Positions 42,918-59,505 of a DNA stretch of 64,000 nucleotides are shown here, one piece after another. A program made the position numbers and the translations under genes. The DNA comes from an uncultured Deinococcaceae bacterium (GTDB lineage: Bacteria; Deinococcota; Deinococci; Deinococcales; Deinococcaceae). Positions within the stretch are counted from its first letter, which is position 1; every line of letters starts with the position of its first letter. The notes below the pieces were generated by a model. It saw only the letters and a program-made list of their open reading frames with translations. It was not told where the DNA came from and did not search any database. The stretch is taken from assembly GCA_964252075.1 (NCBI GenBank), contig CAXULY010000003.1, positions 113,469 to 177,468 of the forward strand. The letters run 5' to 3'.

Positions 42918-42939
42918 CACGCATCATGCCAGCCTGACT

Positions 42940-43521
<582 letters not shown>

Positions 43522-43610
43522 GCGCTGAGGCTAGCGCAGGGCCGGGCACGGTGACGGTGGTGCCCTGCGCGTTGCTGAGCCCTTCTGTGCTGTCGTGGGG
43601 TGGTGGCGGC

Positions 43611-43685
43611 TGGAAGCGCTTCCTCTGTGACCTTGGTCCAACGTTGAGTGCATGCATTGACAGCGCTTGCAGAAACACGTAGTCT
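43611..43685 (+). promoter_or_regulatory. Promoter TTGACA-17-TAGTCT with two LacI-type operators
   Basis: GGAAGCGCTTCC palindrome 43612-43623; TGACAGCGCTTGCA 43658-43671 overlapping the -35 box. Confidence 0.7.
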
Positions 43686-43743
43686 CTCCTTGTCAACAGC
43701 AAACCAGCGCCTCGCTCCACGGACACGTCCGGCAGGGGAACAC

Positions 43744-44793
43744 ATGACTGCGAGTGAAATTACAATTGATGATGTCGCTCGCGCTGCTGGCGTGTCACCC
43801 AGCACGGTCTCCCGCGTCCTGAGCGGACGCACGAACGTCGCCGCGAACAAGCGCGAACTCGTGCTGAAGACGGTCCAGGAGATGGGCTACCTGCCTAACC
43901 CCACCGCGCGCGTGCTGGCCGGCGGTCGCTCCATGAGCATCGGGGTGCTGACGCAGGACATCACCAGCCCCTTTTACGGCGAGGTCATTCACGGCATTCA
44001 GCAGGGCCTGCGGGGCAGTTTTTACCAGCCGCTGTTCGCCAGCGGCCACTGGGACCTCGACGCCGAAGACAGCGCTTTCAAAATGCTCATGAGCCGCCGC
44101 GTGGACGCGCTGATCGTGCTGGGCACCCACACGCCCGACGAGGACCTGCTCGCCGTCACGCAGAAAATGCCGGTGGTGACGGTGGGTCGCCTCATCGGCG
44201 GCAACCCCTACTCCGGGTACAAGCTCGACAACGTGCAGGCCGCCCGCACCGCCGTGCGGCACCTGCTGGACCTCGGGCACCAGCGCATCGCGCACATCGC
44301 TGGCCCGCAGCACCACAGCGACGCCCGCGACCGCCTGGAAGGCTACCGCCAGGAACTCGCCGCGGCGGGCCTGCCCTTCGACGCCCGCATCGTGGCGGAA
44401 GGCGACTTCATGGAGACCAGCGGCCTGATGGCCATGGAGGCCCTCATCGCGCGCGGCGTGCCCTTCACCGCGATCTTCTCCGCGAACGACCAGATGGCGT
44501 TCGGCGCGCGCCTGGCGCTCTTCCGGCGCAACCTGCGGGTGCCGGAGGACATCTCGCTCGTCGGCTTCGACGACATTCCCGGCTCCTCCTTCATCACGCC
44601 GCCCCTCACCACCATCCGCCAGCCGAACTACGACCTCGGCATGGCGGCGGCCCGCGCGGTGCTGCACTTCCTGAATGACCAGCCCGTCCAGAACGCGTCC
44701 TTCACCGCCGACCTCGTCGCGCGTGAATCCACCGCCCGCGTGCGCCCCGGCGCACCCACCACCCGCCGCAGGGCGTCCCGGGAGCTGCCATGA
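43744..44793 (+). CDS. LacI family transcriptional regulator
   Basis: TIDDVARAAGVSPSTVSRVL, NDQMAFG, VGFDD, PPLTTIRQP. Confidence 0.95.
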   Translation: MTASEITIDDVARAAGVSPSTVSRVLSGRTNVAANKRELVLKTVQEMGYLPNPTARVLAGGRSMSIGVLTQDITSPFYGEVIHGIQQGLRGSFYQPLFASGHWDLDAEDSAFKMLMSRRVDALIVLGTHTPDEDLLAVTQKMPVVTVGRLIGGNPYSGYKLDNVQAARTAVRHLLDLGHQRIAHIAGPQHHSDARDRLEGYRQELAAAGLPFDARIVAEGDFMETSGLMAMEALIARGVPFTAIFSANDQMAFGARLALFRRNLRVPEDISLVGFDDIPGSSFITPPLTTIRQPNYDLGMAAARAVLHFLNDQPVQNASFTADLVARESTARVRPGAPTTRRRASRELP

Positions 44794-44880
44794 ACTCGTC
44801 CTGATCACGCGCGGCATGGCAACCCCCGCACTTCGGTCCACTTCGCATGCTCCGGCATGCCCATTTCTGGAGGAACACCT

Positions 44881-46134
44881 ATGTCCACCAAGCGCTCTTT
44901 TGCCCTCACCGCCCTGCTCGCCATCGCCGCCATGGCCAGCGCCCAGAAGACCGTCATCACCATCGGGGTGTTTCCTGACCTCGACAGCGTGGTGAAGGCC
45001 GCCCTGCCTGGCTTCTACAAGGCCAACCCGAACATCGAGGTGAAGCTCAACTCCCTCGCGTACGCCGACCACCACGACGCCCTCACGACCGCCCTCTCCA
45101 CCGGCAAAGGTGCGAACGACGTGGAAGCCATCGACTTCGGCTACATCGCGCGCTTCGCCGAAGGCAACGGCATGACGGACCTCAGCAAGGCGCCCTACAA
45201 CGCCCTGCAGTACCGCTCGCAGTTCGTGGCGTACACCTTCCCGCAGGCCACCTCGCAAGACGGCCGCCTCGCGGGCATGCCGACGGACGTGGGCCCCGGC
45301 TCGATGTTCTACCGCGTGGACATGCTGAAGAAGGCCGGCGTGCTGCCCTCGCAGCTGAACGCCAGCTGGGAGTCGTACATCGCCAACGGCAAGAAGGTCG
45401 TCGCCGCGAACCCCGGCGCGTTCCTGCTGCCCGACGCCAGCGAAGCGGAATCCATCATCATCCGCACGGGCCTGAAGGCCGGCGAGGGCGTGTACTTCGA
45501 CAAGAGCGGCAAGACCGTCGTGAGCCCCACCAACCCGCGCTTCGTGCGCGCCTTCACAGTCGCCAAGGCCATCCGTGACGCGAAGCTGGACGCCAAGGCC
45601 GGCGCGGCCTTCTCGCCCGAGTGGACGACCGCCTTCCAGAAGGGCAACCTCGCCACGGAGTTCAGCGGCGCGTGGCTGGTCGGCCACATGCAGAACTGGC
45701 TCGCCAAGGACTACGCGGGCAAGTGGAACGCGCAGAACCTGCCGGGCAACACCTACGCCAGCTGGGGCGGATCCTTCTGGGGCATCCCCGCGCAGAGCCA
45801 GCACAAGACCGAAGCCTGGGCGCTCATCAAGTACCTGACGACGAACCCCTCGCAGGAAGTGCTGGCGTTCAAGACCACGGGCGCCTTCCCCGCGCTGAAG
45901 GCCGCGCAGACGGACGGCATCTTCAACGAGGGCGTGCCGTACCTCGCCAACCAGAAGGCCCGCATCCTGTGGCGCTCGGCCGCCGCGAAGATCCAGCCGA
46001 TCGACGTGAACCGCCTGGACCCCATCGCGGACCAGATCGTGAACGACGCGCTCACCACCGTGCTGAACGGCACCGCGAACATCCAGCAGGCCCTCACGGA
46101 CGCCCAGCGCCTCATCGAGCGCCGCGCCCGCTGA
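44881..46134 (+). CDS. Sugar ABC transporter substrate-binding protein
   Basis: Signal peptide, PTDVGP..FYR.D, WGGSF; GGAGG RBS. Confidence 0.92.
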   Translation: MSTKRSFALTALLAIAAMASAQKTVITIGVFPDLDSVVKAALPGFYKANPNIEVKLNSLAYADHHDALTTALSTGKGANDVEAIDFGYIARFAEGNGMTDLSKAPYNALQYRSQFVAYTFPQATSQDGRLAGMPTDVGPGSMFYRVDMLKKAGVLPSQLNASWESYIANGKKVVAANPGAFLLPDASEAESIIIRTGLKAGEGVYFDKSGKTVVSPTNPRFVRAFTVAKAIRDAKLDAKAGAAFSPEWTTAFQKGNLATEFSGAWLVGHMQNWLAKDYAGKWNAQNLPGNTYASWGGSFWGIPAQSQHKTEAWALIKYLTTNPSQEVLAFKTTGAFPALKAAQTDGIFNEGVPYLANQKARILWRSAAAKIQPIDVNRLDPIADQIVNDALTTVLNGTANIQQALTDAQRLIERRAR

Positions 46135-46216
46135 TTCACGGCGCGCACCCTGCGCGCTGAGGGGCGCGGCCACGCGCCGCCCCCTCACCCCCGCGCCCGT
46201 CACGCGTTCCCGCTCC

Positions 46217-46260
46217 GACCAGATGAACGACCAGGGGCCGACCCTGTCGTTCATCTGGTC
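46217..46260 (+). other. Intercistronic hairpin after SBP gene (mRNA stabiliser/attenuator)
   Basis: GACCAGATGAACGAC ... GTCGTTCATCTGGTC. Confidence 0.5.
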
Positions 46261-46288
46261 ACCGCCTTGACACCCTGAGGGACCACCT

Positions 46289-47272
<984 letters not shown>

Positions 47273-47273
47273 C

Positions 47274-48143
<870 letters not shown>

Positions 48144-48247
48144 GCCGCCCCGCCCCCCCGACCGGGGTGCGCCCCGGTCGGTTCCCCACCCCGCCCCCTC
48201 TCGCCCGGTGGCCCGCTGCGGCCACCGGTCCCGCACTGGAGCCCCGA

Positions 48248-49570
<1,323 letters not shown>

Positions 49571-49586
49571 CGCGACACCCACAGGC

Positions 49587-49618
49587 GGTGGGCCGGGACT
49601 TTTCCCGGCCCACCTTTT
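49587..49618 (+). terminator. Rho-independent terminator
   Basis: GGTGGGCCGGGA-CTTT-TCCCGGCCCACC-TTTT. Confidence 0.75.
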
Positions 49619-50024
49619 GATTTGGTGGCGCACCCACTCGCCTCCGACCTCTGCTTCAAGCGACGTCTCATGCCGCTCCCGCACCCTACGTCTGCTGATC
49701 AACGGATTCCGATGCCCAGCGGGCGCGTAAGGCCCATCAGATACCTGTACGGCAGGCGACGAATCGCGGTGTAGCGCGTGAACGCACGCGGCCACTGCCT
49801 CCCCTGCTTGCGCAGGAGGCCTTTAAAGCCGCGTACTCGGACGCCGAACTCGTGCCGCTAGGCCACCCATGGCTCCCACCAGCGAGGGCTCTGCTGGTGG
49901 AAGGGCTTCACCAACGCGCAGCACCGCTCGATGCTGGCTCTACGCCTCACCTGCCCGGAGTGCGGCGTGAACTGTCTGCAAGAGGCTGCGCGGCGTATGG
50001 CTGGCGGCGCGCTAGCATCCCCCT

Positions 50025-50681
50025 GTGGAGGACCTCGGGTTCATCTTCGACATGGACGGCGTGCTGGCCAACACCGTGGAACCGCACTACCGTTCCTGGC
50101 AGCGCCTTGCGGACGAGGAGGGCCTGCCCTTCACGCGTGCGGACAACGTGCTCCTGTTGGGCCGCAGCCGCACGGACGCGCTGCGGCTCTTCCTGGGCGG
50201 GCGGTCCCTCCCCGAGCACCACGAACGGCAGTGGATGGAGCGCAAGAACCGCTACTTCCTGGAGGAGATGGAGGCTTTCGGGCCGCAACACGCGCTGCCT
50301 GGAGTGCCCATGCTGCTGCACGCTGCGCGCGCCCGCGGCGTGCGACTGGCGGTGGCCTCGTCAAGCCGCAACGCGCGCGCGGTGCTGAAGAGGCTGCACC
50401 TCATGGACCTTTTCGAGGTGATTGCGGACGGCGCGACCGTCGCCCGCGCCAAACCTTCTCCGGACATTTTCGTGTGGACGGCGGGCGCACTACACCTCCC
50501 ACCGCGCCGCTGCGTGGTATTCGAGGACGCCGCTGCGGGTGTGGAGGCCGCCCTTGCGGGCGGCTTCAAGGTGGTGGGACTGGGTGGTGGCCCAGGTACG
50601 GAGGCTGCCCACATACAGCGCGCGGGACTGAGTGACGCCGTTGTGGCGGACTTCATCTCCCTCTTGGATGGCATGAGCTGA
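50025..50681 (+). CDS. HAD family phosphatase, beta-phosphoglucomutase-like
   Basis: FDMDGV, ASSSRN, KPSPDIF, VFEDA; TAGCAT 5 nt before GTG. Confidence 0.88.
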   Translation: MEDLGFIFDMDGVLANTVEPHYRSWQRLADEEGLPFTRADNVLLLGRSRTDALRLFLGGRSLPEHHERQWMERKNRYFLEEMEAFGPQHALPGVPMLLHAARARGVRLAVASSSRNARAVLKRLHLMDLFEVIADGATVARAKPSPDIFVWTAGALHLPPRRCVVFEDAAAGVEAALAGGFKVVGLGGGPGTEAAHIQRAGLSDAVVADFISLLDGMS

Positions 50682-51022
50682 GGCTCAACACCGCGTACCT
50701 CACACAGCGGTTAGGCATGCGGAAACAATGGTGTTGCCCGCCCGCGCGCCGGGCTGTAAAGACTACACCGTGCCACCAGGCCCCGCTTTTATTCCCAGCC
50801 GCGTCGCGACGCTCCGCCAGACCGGCTCGCATGCGGAGGGCAACGGTGACAGTCCTGCTCATGACCTTGGAGCGCGTCACACGCACAATCAGCCCTGGGT
50901 CGCGCCCGTCACTGCATCTTGGCCCGCTGCCACCGCATACTCCGCGCCGTGCCCGACACCGCTGAAGTGAATGTCACCCTTTCCACCTGACCCGCTCCCA
51001 TTCCGCAAGGAGGTTGAACCCT

Positions 51023-51985
51023 GTGCGCCGACTCCGCATTCTGACCTGGCACATCCATGGCAGTTACCTGTACTACCTCACGCAGGCGCCGCACGACTTC
51101 TACCTGCCCGTCCGCCCTGGTGGAGAACCGGGTTACGGTGGCCGTGCGGGAGACTTCGCGTGGGGCGAGAACGTGCACGACGTACCCGCCGAGGACGTGG
51201 CGCGCGGCGAGTACGACGTGATCCTGTTCCAGTCGCGCCGCAACTGGGAACAGGACCAGTTTGAGATCCTGTCCGAAGCCCAGCGGCGCGGCCCGCGCGT
51301 GTACCTGGAGCACGACCCTCCGCGCGAGTCCCCGACTGACACCCGCCATGTGGTGGACGACCCGGACGTGCTGTTGGTGCAGGTCACGGCCTTCAACGAC
51401 CTGATGTGGGACGCTGGTCGCACCCCGACGCGGGTGGTCGAGCACGGCGTGATCGTGCCGGAAGGCGCGCGCTACACGGGCGAACTGGAGCGTGGCCTGG
51501 TCGTGGTAAACAACCTCGCCACGCGCGGGCGTCGCCTGGGGTTGGATGTGTTCGAGCGGGCCCGAGCCGAACTCCCGCTGGACCTCACGGGCCTCGGCGC
51601 GGAGGTCCTGAACGGCTTGGGACCATTGTCGCTCGCGGACCTGCACCGCATGGAGGGCCGCTACCGGTTCTTCTTCAACCCCATCCGCTACACCAGCCTG
51701 GGACTCGCGGTGTGCGAGGCAATGATGGTAGGGATGCCCGTGGTGGCGCTCGCCACGACCGAGATGGCGACCGTCATCGAGAACGGCGTGAACGGGTACG
51801 CGGACACCAACGTGCGGAACCTGATGCACCGCATGCGTGAGCTGCTTGCGAATCCTACCCTCGCGTGGGAGCTGGGCGAGGGTGCGCGCCACACGGCGCT
51901 GGAGCGTTTTGGGATTGAGCGCTTCGCGCGCGACTGGAGCAACGTCTTCGCAGCGGTGACGGTCAATCGCGAATTCCAACGCTGA
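51023..51985 (+). CDS. GT4-like glycosyltransferase
   Basis: RILTWHIHGSYL, RYTSLGLAVCEAM..GMPVV; AGGAGG RBS before GTG. Confidence 0.88.
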   Translation: MRRLRILTWHIHGSYLYYLTQAPHDFYLPVRPGGEPGYGGRAGDFAWGENVHDVPAEDVARGEYDVILFQSRRNWEQDQFEILSEAQRRGPRVYLEHDPPRESPTDTRHVVDDPDVLLVQVTAFNDLMWDAGRTPTRVVEHGVIVPEGARYTGELERGLVVVNNLATRGRRLGLDVFERARAELPLDLTGLGAEVLNGLGPLSLADLHRMEGRYRFFFNPIRYTSLGLAVCEAMMVGMPVVALATTEMATVIENGVNGYADTNVRNLMHRMRELLANPTLAWELGEGARHTALERFGIERFARDWSNVFAAVTVNREFQR

Positions 51986-52029
51986 CTGAACGTGCGATAA
52001 AGGCTCCATCCCCTATCAACGGCGTGCGT

Positions 52030-52113
52030 ATGCGCATCTCGATGATCAGCGAAGACGCCACGCTAAGGTGCGCCGACAGCATCTACGAACGGCTATCACC
52101 ATCTGCTGGCTGA
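52030..52113 (+). pseudogene. Relic of a second GT4 glycosyltransferase (ends only)
   Basis: MRISMISEDATLRCADSIYERL..: start resembles the MRIAMISEHASPL N-terminus of GT4 enzymes. Confidence 0.45.
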
Positions 52114-52607
52114 GCACAAATCGCATGGAAGCGAGGTTTAAAGGCCAACTATTGCAGAATATACTGGTCACTCAAGAGCTAAGTGGAGTAAATTGGCTTG
52201 CAGGCTGTCTTTTTCTTTTGAATGAAGTTTTCAGTTGAGAGAAGAGGCGTATTGTCAAAGTAGTTAGTAATCTCTCCACCCTGATGCCCGCTGTTGGTTT
52301 TATTGCGAAGCGGCGGGCTGCACTTTCTCCACCTGTCTCCTGCAAATCGCCTCCCTTGCAGACGCTTACCTTCCAAATACATGTGATGTACCACAATCTA
52401 CAAAGATAGTACTAAAAGATCATATGTGATAATAATCGATACTAAATTGCAAAACGGTAATAGGTTTCAACCTTTAAGTTCAGAGCAGCCACCAAGTCTG
52501 AGTGTTAAAGTCGCAAGACATTTCGTCAACATACTCTGTAAGATTTGTCAAACCATTTGTATCAAAGTCAAAGCTATAGCTTTTTCCGTAAATTTAAGGC
52601 CATTTGT

Positions 52608-53999
52608 CTAATGCCTGTATGCTTCACCATCTAAAAGCAATGATTTTTTGTTGCTAGCTCCTATTGAGGGGAATACTCCAGAAAGTGCAGCTCCTAACAA
52701 CGCCCATATCGCCCCCTCAGTGTTGGGTATGGCGAACCAGAAAAGCATAAAAATGGAATACGACAATAAAGATGCACTAAGCACAAAGCTTTTTGATCTT
52801 ACAAAAGCCCAAATAATTAAACTTATATACAATATAATTCCCGGAATGCCATACATAACGCCAACATCCAGTATTTGATTATGCGCTTTCCATGCCTCCC
52901 AAACATGAGGGACAGTCTTACCGTCTTTATTTTTTGCTATAACGACGTTGTCCAGCTTTTTGACCAGACGTTCGCCCATTTCATGGAGAAGATAGTTGTC
53001 CACCTCCTCTGGTTCGAGAAAATGAATCCAGTGTTGGTGAAACTGGCCACCTCCCCAACCTGTAAGTGGACGCGCAGCGATCCCACGATAAGCTGCTATC
53101 CATAAATATTTGCGGGAAATGCTCGACCCTTGATCTACAACTTTTTTGGACTCGTCACCTTGTTTAAAACGTGCGGCCTCTACTCCCAAAAAGCAGGAAG
53201 TTATGATGGCTATAGTGACTATGAGCGTTTGAAATCGATGAGAAGCAAATATAAACTTAAATACCATCACAAGCATCAAAGCTAGAAAGGCTGCTCTATT
53301 ACCTGTTGCTCCTATTGCAAGACATATGGGCACCAAAGCCCACCATGCCCACCGAACACGACTTGTGGCGGCTGCCGCACACCCAACGACTAACCATCCA
53401 GCAAGATGTCCTTTCTGTGGAAAATTAACGACAGGAACGTCCACACCATTGATTTTCCAAAATAGTAGTCCATGCCCCATGGCAAGTTCTACTAAACCCG
53501 CGATAGCAAGAACCATTGTTGAGGCAATTAAGGCGGCTATTATTTTGTAAAGCAGCTCTGAATCCCGTTTACTGCGAACATAAACTAAAGTAAGCACTGT
53601 TACAAGACCGACCATCCAAAGTGCGGAGTCACTAGAATCTATCCCACTACCAACCAGGGAAGCGGCAGAGTCGTCGGCGAAGATGCTAGCGACGAGCGTC
53701 CATAATCCGAACGCCCAGGCAAGTGCAATTGCTTTATTTCGCCATAGCCATTGAGGTAAAAAGCGCACATCCTTCAAACGTAATTCAGGACGGATAATGA
53801 TCTCGAATAAGCCAGCCAGCAGGATGAATACTCCCACGTAGTAGCTATGTAAGTACACGGTGCCAGCGCGGTCATTGGGAAGGACTCCGGGCCAAGCGAG
53901 CAGAGGGTACAGAAAGGTAAAAATGGGCCACAACCATCTGAGCACTTGCTCAGGAGTGGTTGTGGCTGTTATCTGACGTCCTTTGGTGGAAGCGGTCAT
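52608..53999 (-). CDS. O-antigen ligase (Wzy_C) family membrane protein, probable pilin O-oligosaccharyltransferase
   Basis: Multi-TM, SRKYLW..IAARPLTGWGGG, KAHNQILD..GIPG; AT-rich; directly downstream of pilin. Confidence 0.85.
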   Translation of the reverse strand: MTASTKGRQITATTTPEQVLRWLWPIFTFLYPLLAWPGVLPNDRAGTVYLHSYYVGVFILLAGLFEIIIRPELRLKDVRFLPQWLWRNKAIALAWAFGLWTLVASIFADDSAASLVGSGIDSSDSALWMVGLVTVLTLVYVRSKRDSELLYKIIAALIASTMVLAIAGLVELAMGHGLLFWKINGVDVPVVNFPQKGHLAGWLVVGCAAAATSRVRWAWWALVPICLAIGATGNRAAFLALMLVMVFKFIFASHRFQTLIVTIAIITSCFLGVEAARFKQGDESKKVVDQGSSISRKYLWIAAYRGIAARPLTGWGGGQFHQHWIHFLEPEEVDNYLLHEMGERLVKKLDNVVIAKNKDGKTVPHVWEAWKAHNQILDVGVMYGIPGIILYISLIIWAFVRSKSFVLSASLLSYSIFMLFWFAIPNTEGAIWALLGAALSGVFPSIGASNKKSLLLDGEAYRH

Positions 54000-54055
54000 A
54001 TACCTTAAATGGTAAAGATTATTTAAGGAAGAAAGACAATATTTGTGGACAAGGA

Positions 54056-54086
54056 AGGAGGCCAGCAGGCACGCTGCTGGCCTCCT
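54056..54086 (-). terminator. Hairpin after pilin gene
   Basis: AGGAGGCCAGCAG-GCACG-CTGCTGGCCTCCT. Confidence 0.65.
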
Positions 54087-54107
54087 CTTTGCGTAGCTTA
54101 AGAACGC

Positions 54108-54506
54108 TTACTGGCCGTCCTTACCGTTGGTGGAGGTGTAGCTCAGCGCAGCATTTTTCACGACGACCGTGAAATCGTTCACGCCATTGGCGGCGACGGT
54201 GCAGTCGCCAGCGGCCACACCCGCAGGAGCGGCAGCCCAGCCGTAAGCCATGCCCGAGATGCTGCTGACCGCAGCGTTGCAGGTGTTGCCTGCTGCGGTG
54301 ACAATATTGGCCGCCGTGAGGGTGGTGTTGTCAGCCAGAGCGGCGGACAAGGCCTTGTACACATTGGAGCTGTGGGCCTGCACGGCACGCTTCTGCGCCG
54401 CGGCGCGGGCGCCCAGCAGGTTGGGGATCAGCACGGCGGCGAGGATACCGATGATGGCGATGACGATCAGCAGCTCGATCAGGGTGAAGCCAGCGGTCTT
54501 CTTCAT
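54108..54506 (-). CDS. pilA: Type IV major pilin
   Basis: Class III signal MKKTAG/FTLIELLIVIAIIGILAAVLIP; two Cys; AAGGAG RBS; 132 aa. Confidence 0.93.
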   Translation of the reverse strand: MKKTAGFTLIELLIVIAIIGILAAVLIPNLLGARAAAQKRAVQAHSSNVYKALSAALADNTTLTAANIVTAAGNTCNAAVSSISGMAYGWAAAPAGVAAGDCTVAANGVNDFTVVVKNAALSYTSTNGKDGQ

Positions 54507-54799
54507 GGTGTTCTCCTTGGTGCCGTTCCGGATGAGGTATGAGGATGAGCCGGTCGGGCGGGGTAGGGCGGTGCAGTGGCACTGGGGGGTATGGGGGTCG
54601 CGCAACTGCTTGAAGCAAAGGTACGTGAGAACTCATGACAAAATTCTTACAGGGATGAGGCGTGAAGTTTCATACGCCAGGACAGGAAATATTAAATCTT
54701 GAAGGTGGAGCAGGATGCCCACACGAATGGGAAAGTAAAGGTTTGCTGATCTCCTGCCTTGACTTGCTGCGCTCTTGTGGCGGTGCTAGACTCGCCCCT

Positions 54800-54901
<102 letters not shown>

Positions 54902-54984
54902 TTTTTTGCTGCCTTGAGCGCGGGGCGCGCGTTTCAGCCACTCTGCCTACGTTTGAGCGCCCCATGCGTGCGATAATGCCGGGC

Positions 54985-55590
54985 ATGAGCGTGATTCCCT
55001 ACGTGATCGAGCAGACCGGCCGTGGCGAGCGGATGTACGACATCTACTCGCGGCTCCTGAAGGACCGGATCATTTTCCTGGGCACGCCGATCGACAGCAA
55101 CGTGGCGAACACCATCGTGGCGCAGTTGCTGCTGCTCGACAGCCAGAACCCCGAGCGCGAAATTCAGCTGTACATCAACTGCCCGGGTGGTGAGGTGTAC
55201 GCCGGGCTGGCCATCTACGACACCATGCAGTACATCAAGGCGCCCGTGTCGACCATCTGCGTGGGCATCGCCATGAGCATGGGCAGCGTGATCCTGATGG
55301 CGGGCGACCAAGGCAAGCGGTATGCGCTGCCGAACAGCCGCATCATGATTCACCAGGGCAGCGCAGGCTTCCGCGGCAACACCCCGGACCTGGAGGTGCA
55401 GGCGAAGGAGGTGCTGTACCTGCGTGACCGCATGGTGGAGATTTACAACAAGCACACGAATGTGCCGCAGGACAAGCTGCTGCGCGACATGGAGCGGGAC
55501 TACTTCATGGCGCCGACCGAGGCGCGGGAGTACGGCCTGATTGACGCGGTGATCGAGAGCACCCGTGAAGCGGAGTTGACGAATGGCTGA
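54985..55590 (+). CDS. clpP: ATP-dependent Clp protease proteolytic subunit
   Basis: [36 protein letters not shown]. Confidence 0.97.
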   Translation: MSVIPYVIEQTGRGERMYDIYSRLLKDRIIFLGTPIDSNVANTIVAQLLLLDSQNPEREIQLYINCPGGEVYAGLAIYDTMQYIKAPVSTICVGIAMSMGSVILMAGDQGKRYALPNSRIMIHQGSAGFRGNTPDLEVQAKEVLYLRDRMVEIYNKHTNVPQDKLLRDMERDYFMAPTEAREYGLIDAVIESTREAELTNG

Positions 55591-56779
55591 CCGCTGCAGC
55601 TTTTGTGGACGCAGTTACCCCCAGATCGCGCAGCTGATCGAGGCGCCGAATCGTGCGGCGTTCATCTGCAATGAGTGCGCCGAGCGAGCGTTTGATCTGG
55701 TAAAGCAGAACAAGAAGGGCGGCACGGAGTTCAGCCTCGCGGAGCTGCCGAGCCCGCGCGAGATCAAGGCGTACCTGGACGATTACGTGATCGGGCAGGA
55801 CGAGGCGAAGAAGGCCCTGGCGGTGGCGGTCGTGAGTCACTACCAGCGCCTCGCGCACCCGGATGCGGGCCTCGGGAAGAGCAACATCCTCCTGATCGGG
55901 CCGACGGGGACGGGCAAGACGCTGCTCGCGCAGAGCCTCGCGGAGATGCTGGAGGTGCCCTTCGCCATTGCGGATGCCACGACACTCACGGAGGCCGGCT
56001 ACGTCGGTGACGACGTGGAGAACGTGATCGTGCGCCTGTTGCAGGCGGCGGATTACGACGTGGAGGCGGCGGAGCGCGGCATCATCTACATCGATGAGAT
56101 CGACAAGATCGCGCGGAAGTCCGAGGGGACCAGCATCACCCGGGATGTCTCGGGCGAGGGCGTGCAGCAGGCCCTGCTGAAGATCATTGAGGGGACGGTG
56201 TCGCAGGTGCCGCCGCAGGGTGGGCGCAAGCACCCGCAGCAGGAACTGGTGCAGGTGAACACCAAGAACATCCTGTTCATCGTGGGTGGCGCCTTCGATG
56301 GGCTGGAGGAGCTGGGCCGGGCGCGCACGAACGTGCGCTCGCTGGGCTTCGGGGCGGAGCACAAGGGCGAGGAGAAAACGGAGCTGCGCTTCATTCCGGA
56401 GGACCTCGTGCAGTTCGGTCTGATTCCAGAGTTCGTGGGGCGCCTGCCGTTGGTGGTGCAGTTGCAGGATCTGGATGAGGACGCGCTGGTGCGCATCCTG
56501 ACGGAGCCGCAGGGCGCGATCGCGGGGCAGTACCAGACGCTGTTTGGTTTCCAGGGTGTGGACCTGCAGTTCACGGAGGGTACTCTCCGTGAGGTGGCGC
56601 GTCGGGCGCAGGCGCGCGGTACAGGCGCGCGCGGTCTGCGGGCGGTGCTGGAGAAGGCCATGACGGACTTGCTGTTCGAGTTGCCTGCCGAGGGCATCAA
56701 GGAGTTGCGGTTCGAGCCGGAGCACCTGGACCAACCGATCAAGCTCCTTGAGTCTAAGGGACTCAAGAAGTCTGCTTAA
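55583..56779 (+). CDS. clpX: ATP-dependent Clp protease ATP-binding subunit
   Basis: CSFC..ICNEC Zn finger, [19 protein letters not shown] loop. Confidence 0.97.
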   Translation: MADRCSFCGRSYPQIAQLIEAPNRAAFICNECAERAFDLVKQNKKGGTEFSLAELPSPREIKAYLDDYVIGQDEAKKALAVAVVSHYQRLAHPDAGLGKSNILLIGPTGTGKTLLAQSLAEMLEVPFAIADATTLTEAGYVGDDVENVIVRLLQAADYDVEAAERGIIYIDEIDKIARKSEGTSITRDVSGEGVQQALLKIIEGTVSQVPPQGGRKHPQQELVQVNTKNILFIVGGAFDGLEELGRARTNVRSLGFGAEHKGEEKTELRFIPEDLVQFGLIPEFVGRLPLVVQLQDLDEDALVRILTEPQGAIAGQYQTLFGFQGVDLQFTEGTLREVARRAQARGTGARGLRAVLEKAMTDLLFELPAEGIKELRFEPEHLDQPIKLLESKGLKKSA

Positions 56780-56795
56780 ACGAAACATCGGTTAC

Positions 56796-56850
56796 AGCCC
56801 CCGCCGACTGCCAGACCTACAATTGGGTCACGGTCGGTGGGGCTTTTTCT
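56796..56850 (+). terminator. Rho-independent terminator after clpX
   Basis: AGCCCCCGCCGACTG...CGGTCGGTGGGGCT followed by T-tract. Confidence 0.6.
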
Positions 56851-56958
56851 CTCGTTTACTGTGTAGCCCTCCACCCTCACCGCCGGGTCAGAACGCGCTG
56901 GAATACGCTAGACTGATGTACTTCGGAATCCTCGCACCCCTGACCCAAAGGAGCCCGC

Positions 56959-59403
<2,445 letters not shown>

Positions 59404-59412
59404 AGCCCCCCC

Positions 59413-59455
59413 AACAGGAGGACCACCCGAGTTCGGGTGGTCCTCCTGTTTGTTT
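59413..59455 (+). terminator. Rho-independent terminator after lon
   Basis: AACAGGAGGACCACCCGA-GT-TCGGGTGGTCCTCCTGTT-TGTTT. Confidence 0.8.
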
Positions 59456-59505
59456 AAGGTGGAAGGAAGGCGATCACACCGCCGGGTCAGCGCCCGTCCC
59501 GTCAA

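Noticed and set aside
49852..50024. Possible GH65 C-terminal remnant upstream of the beta-PGM-like gene
   Set aside because: Resemblance too weak to support without a search.
52172..52611. Short ORFs in the AT-rich spacer (52172-52396, 52179-52394, 52426-52611)
   Set aside because: No RBS, motif or consistent frame; may be degraded DNA.
54600..54700. Possible CRP/DdrI-like sites upstream of pilA (CGTGAGAACTCATG, TGACAAAATTCTTACA)
   Set aside because: Only a partial match to TGTGA-N6-TCACA; cannot be supported by eye.
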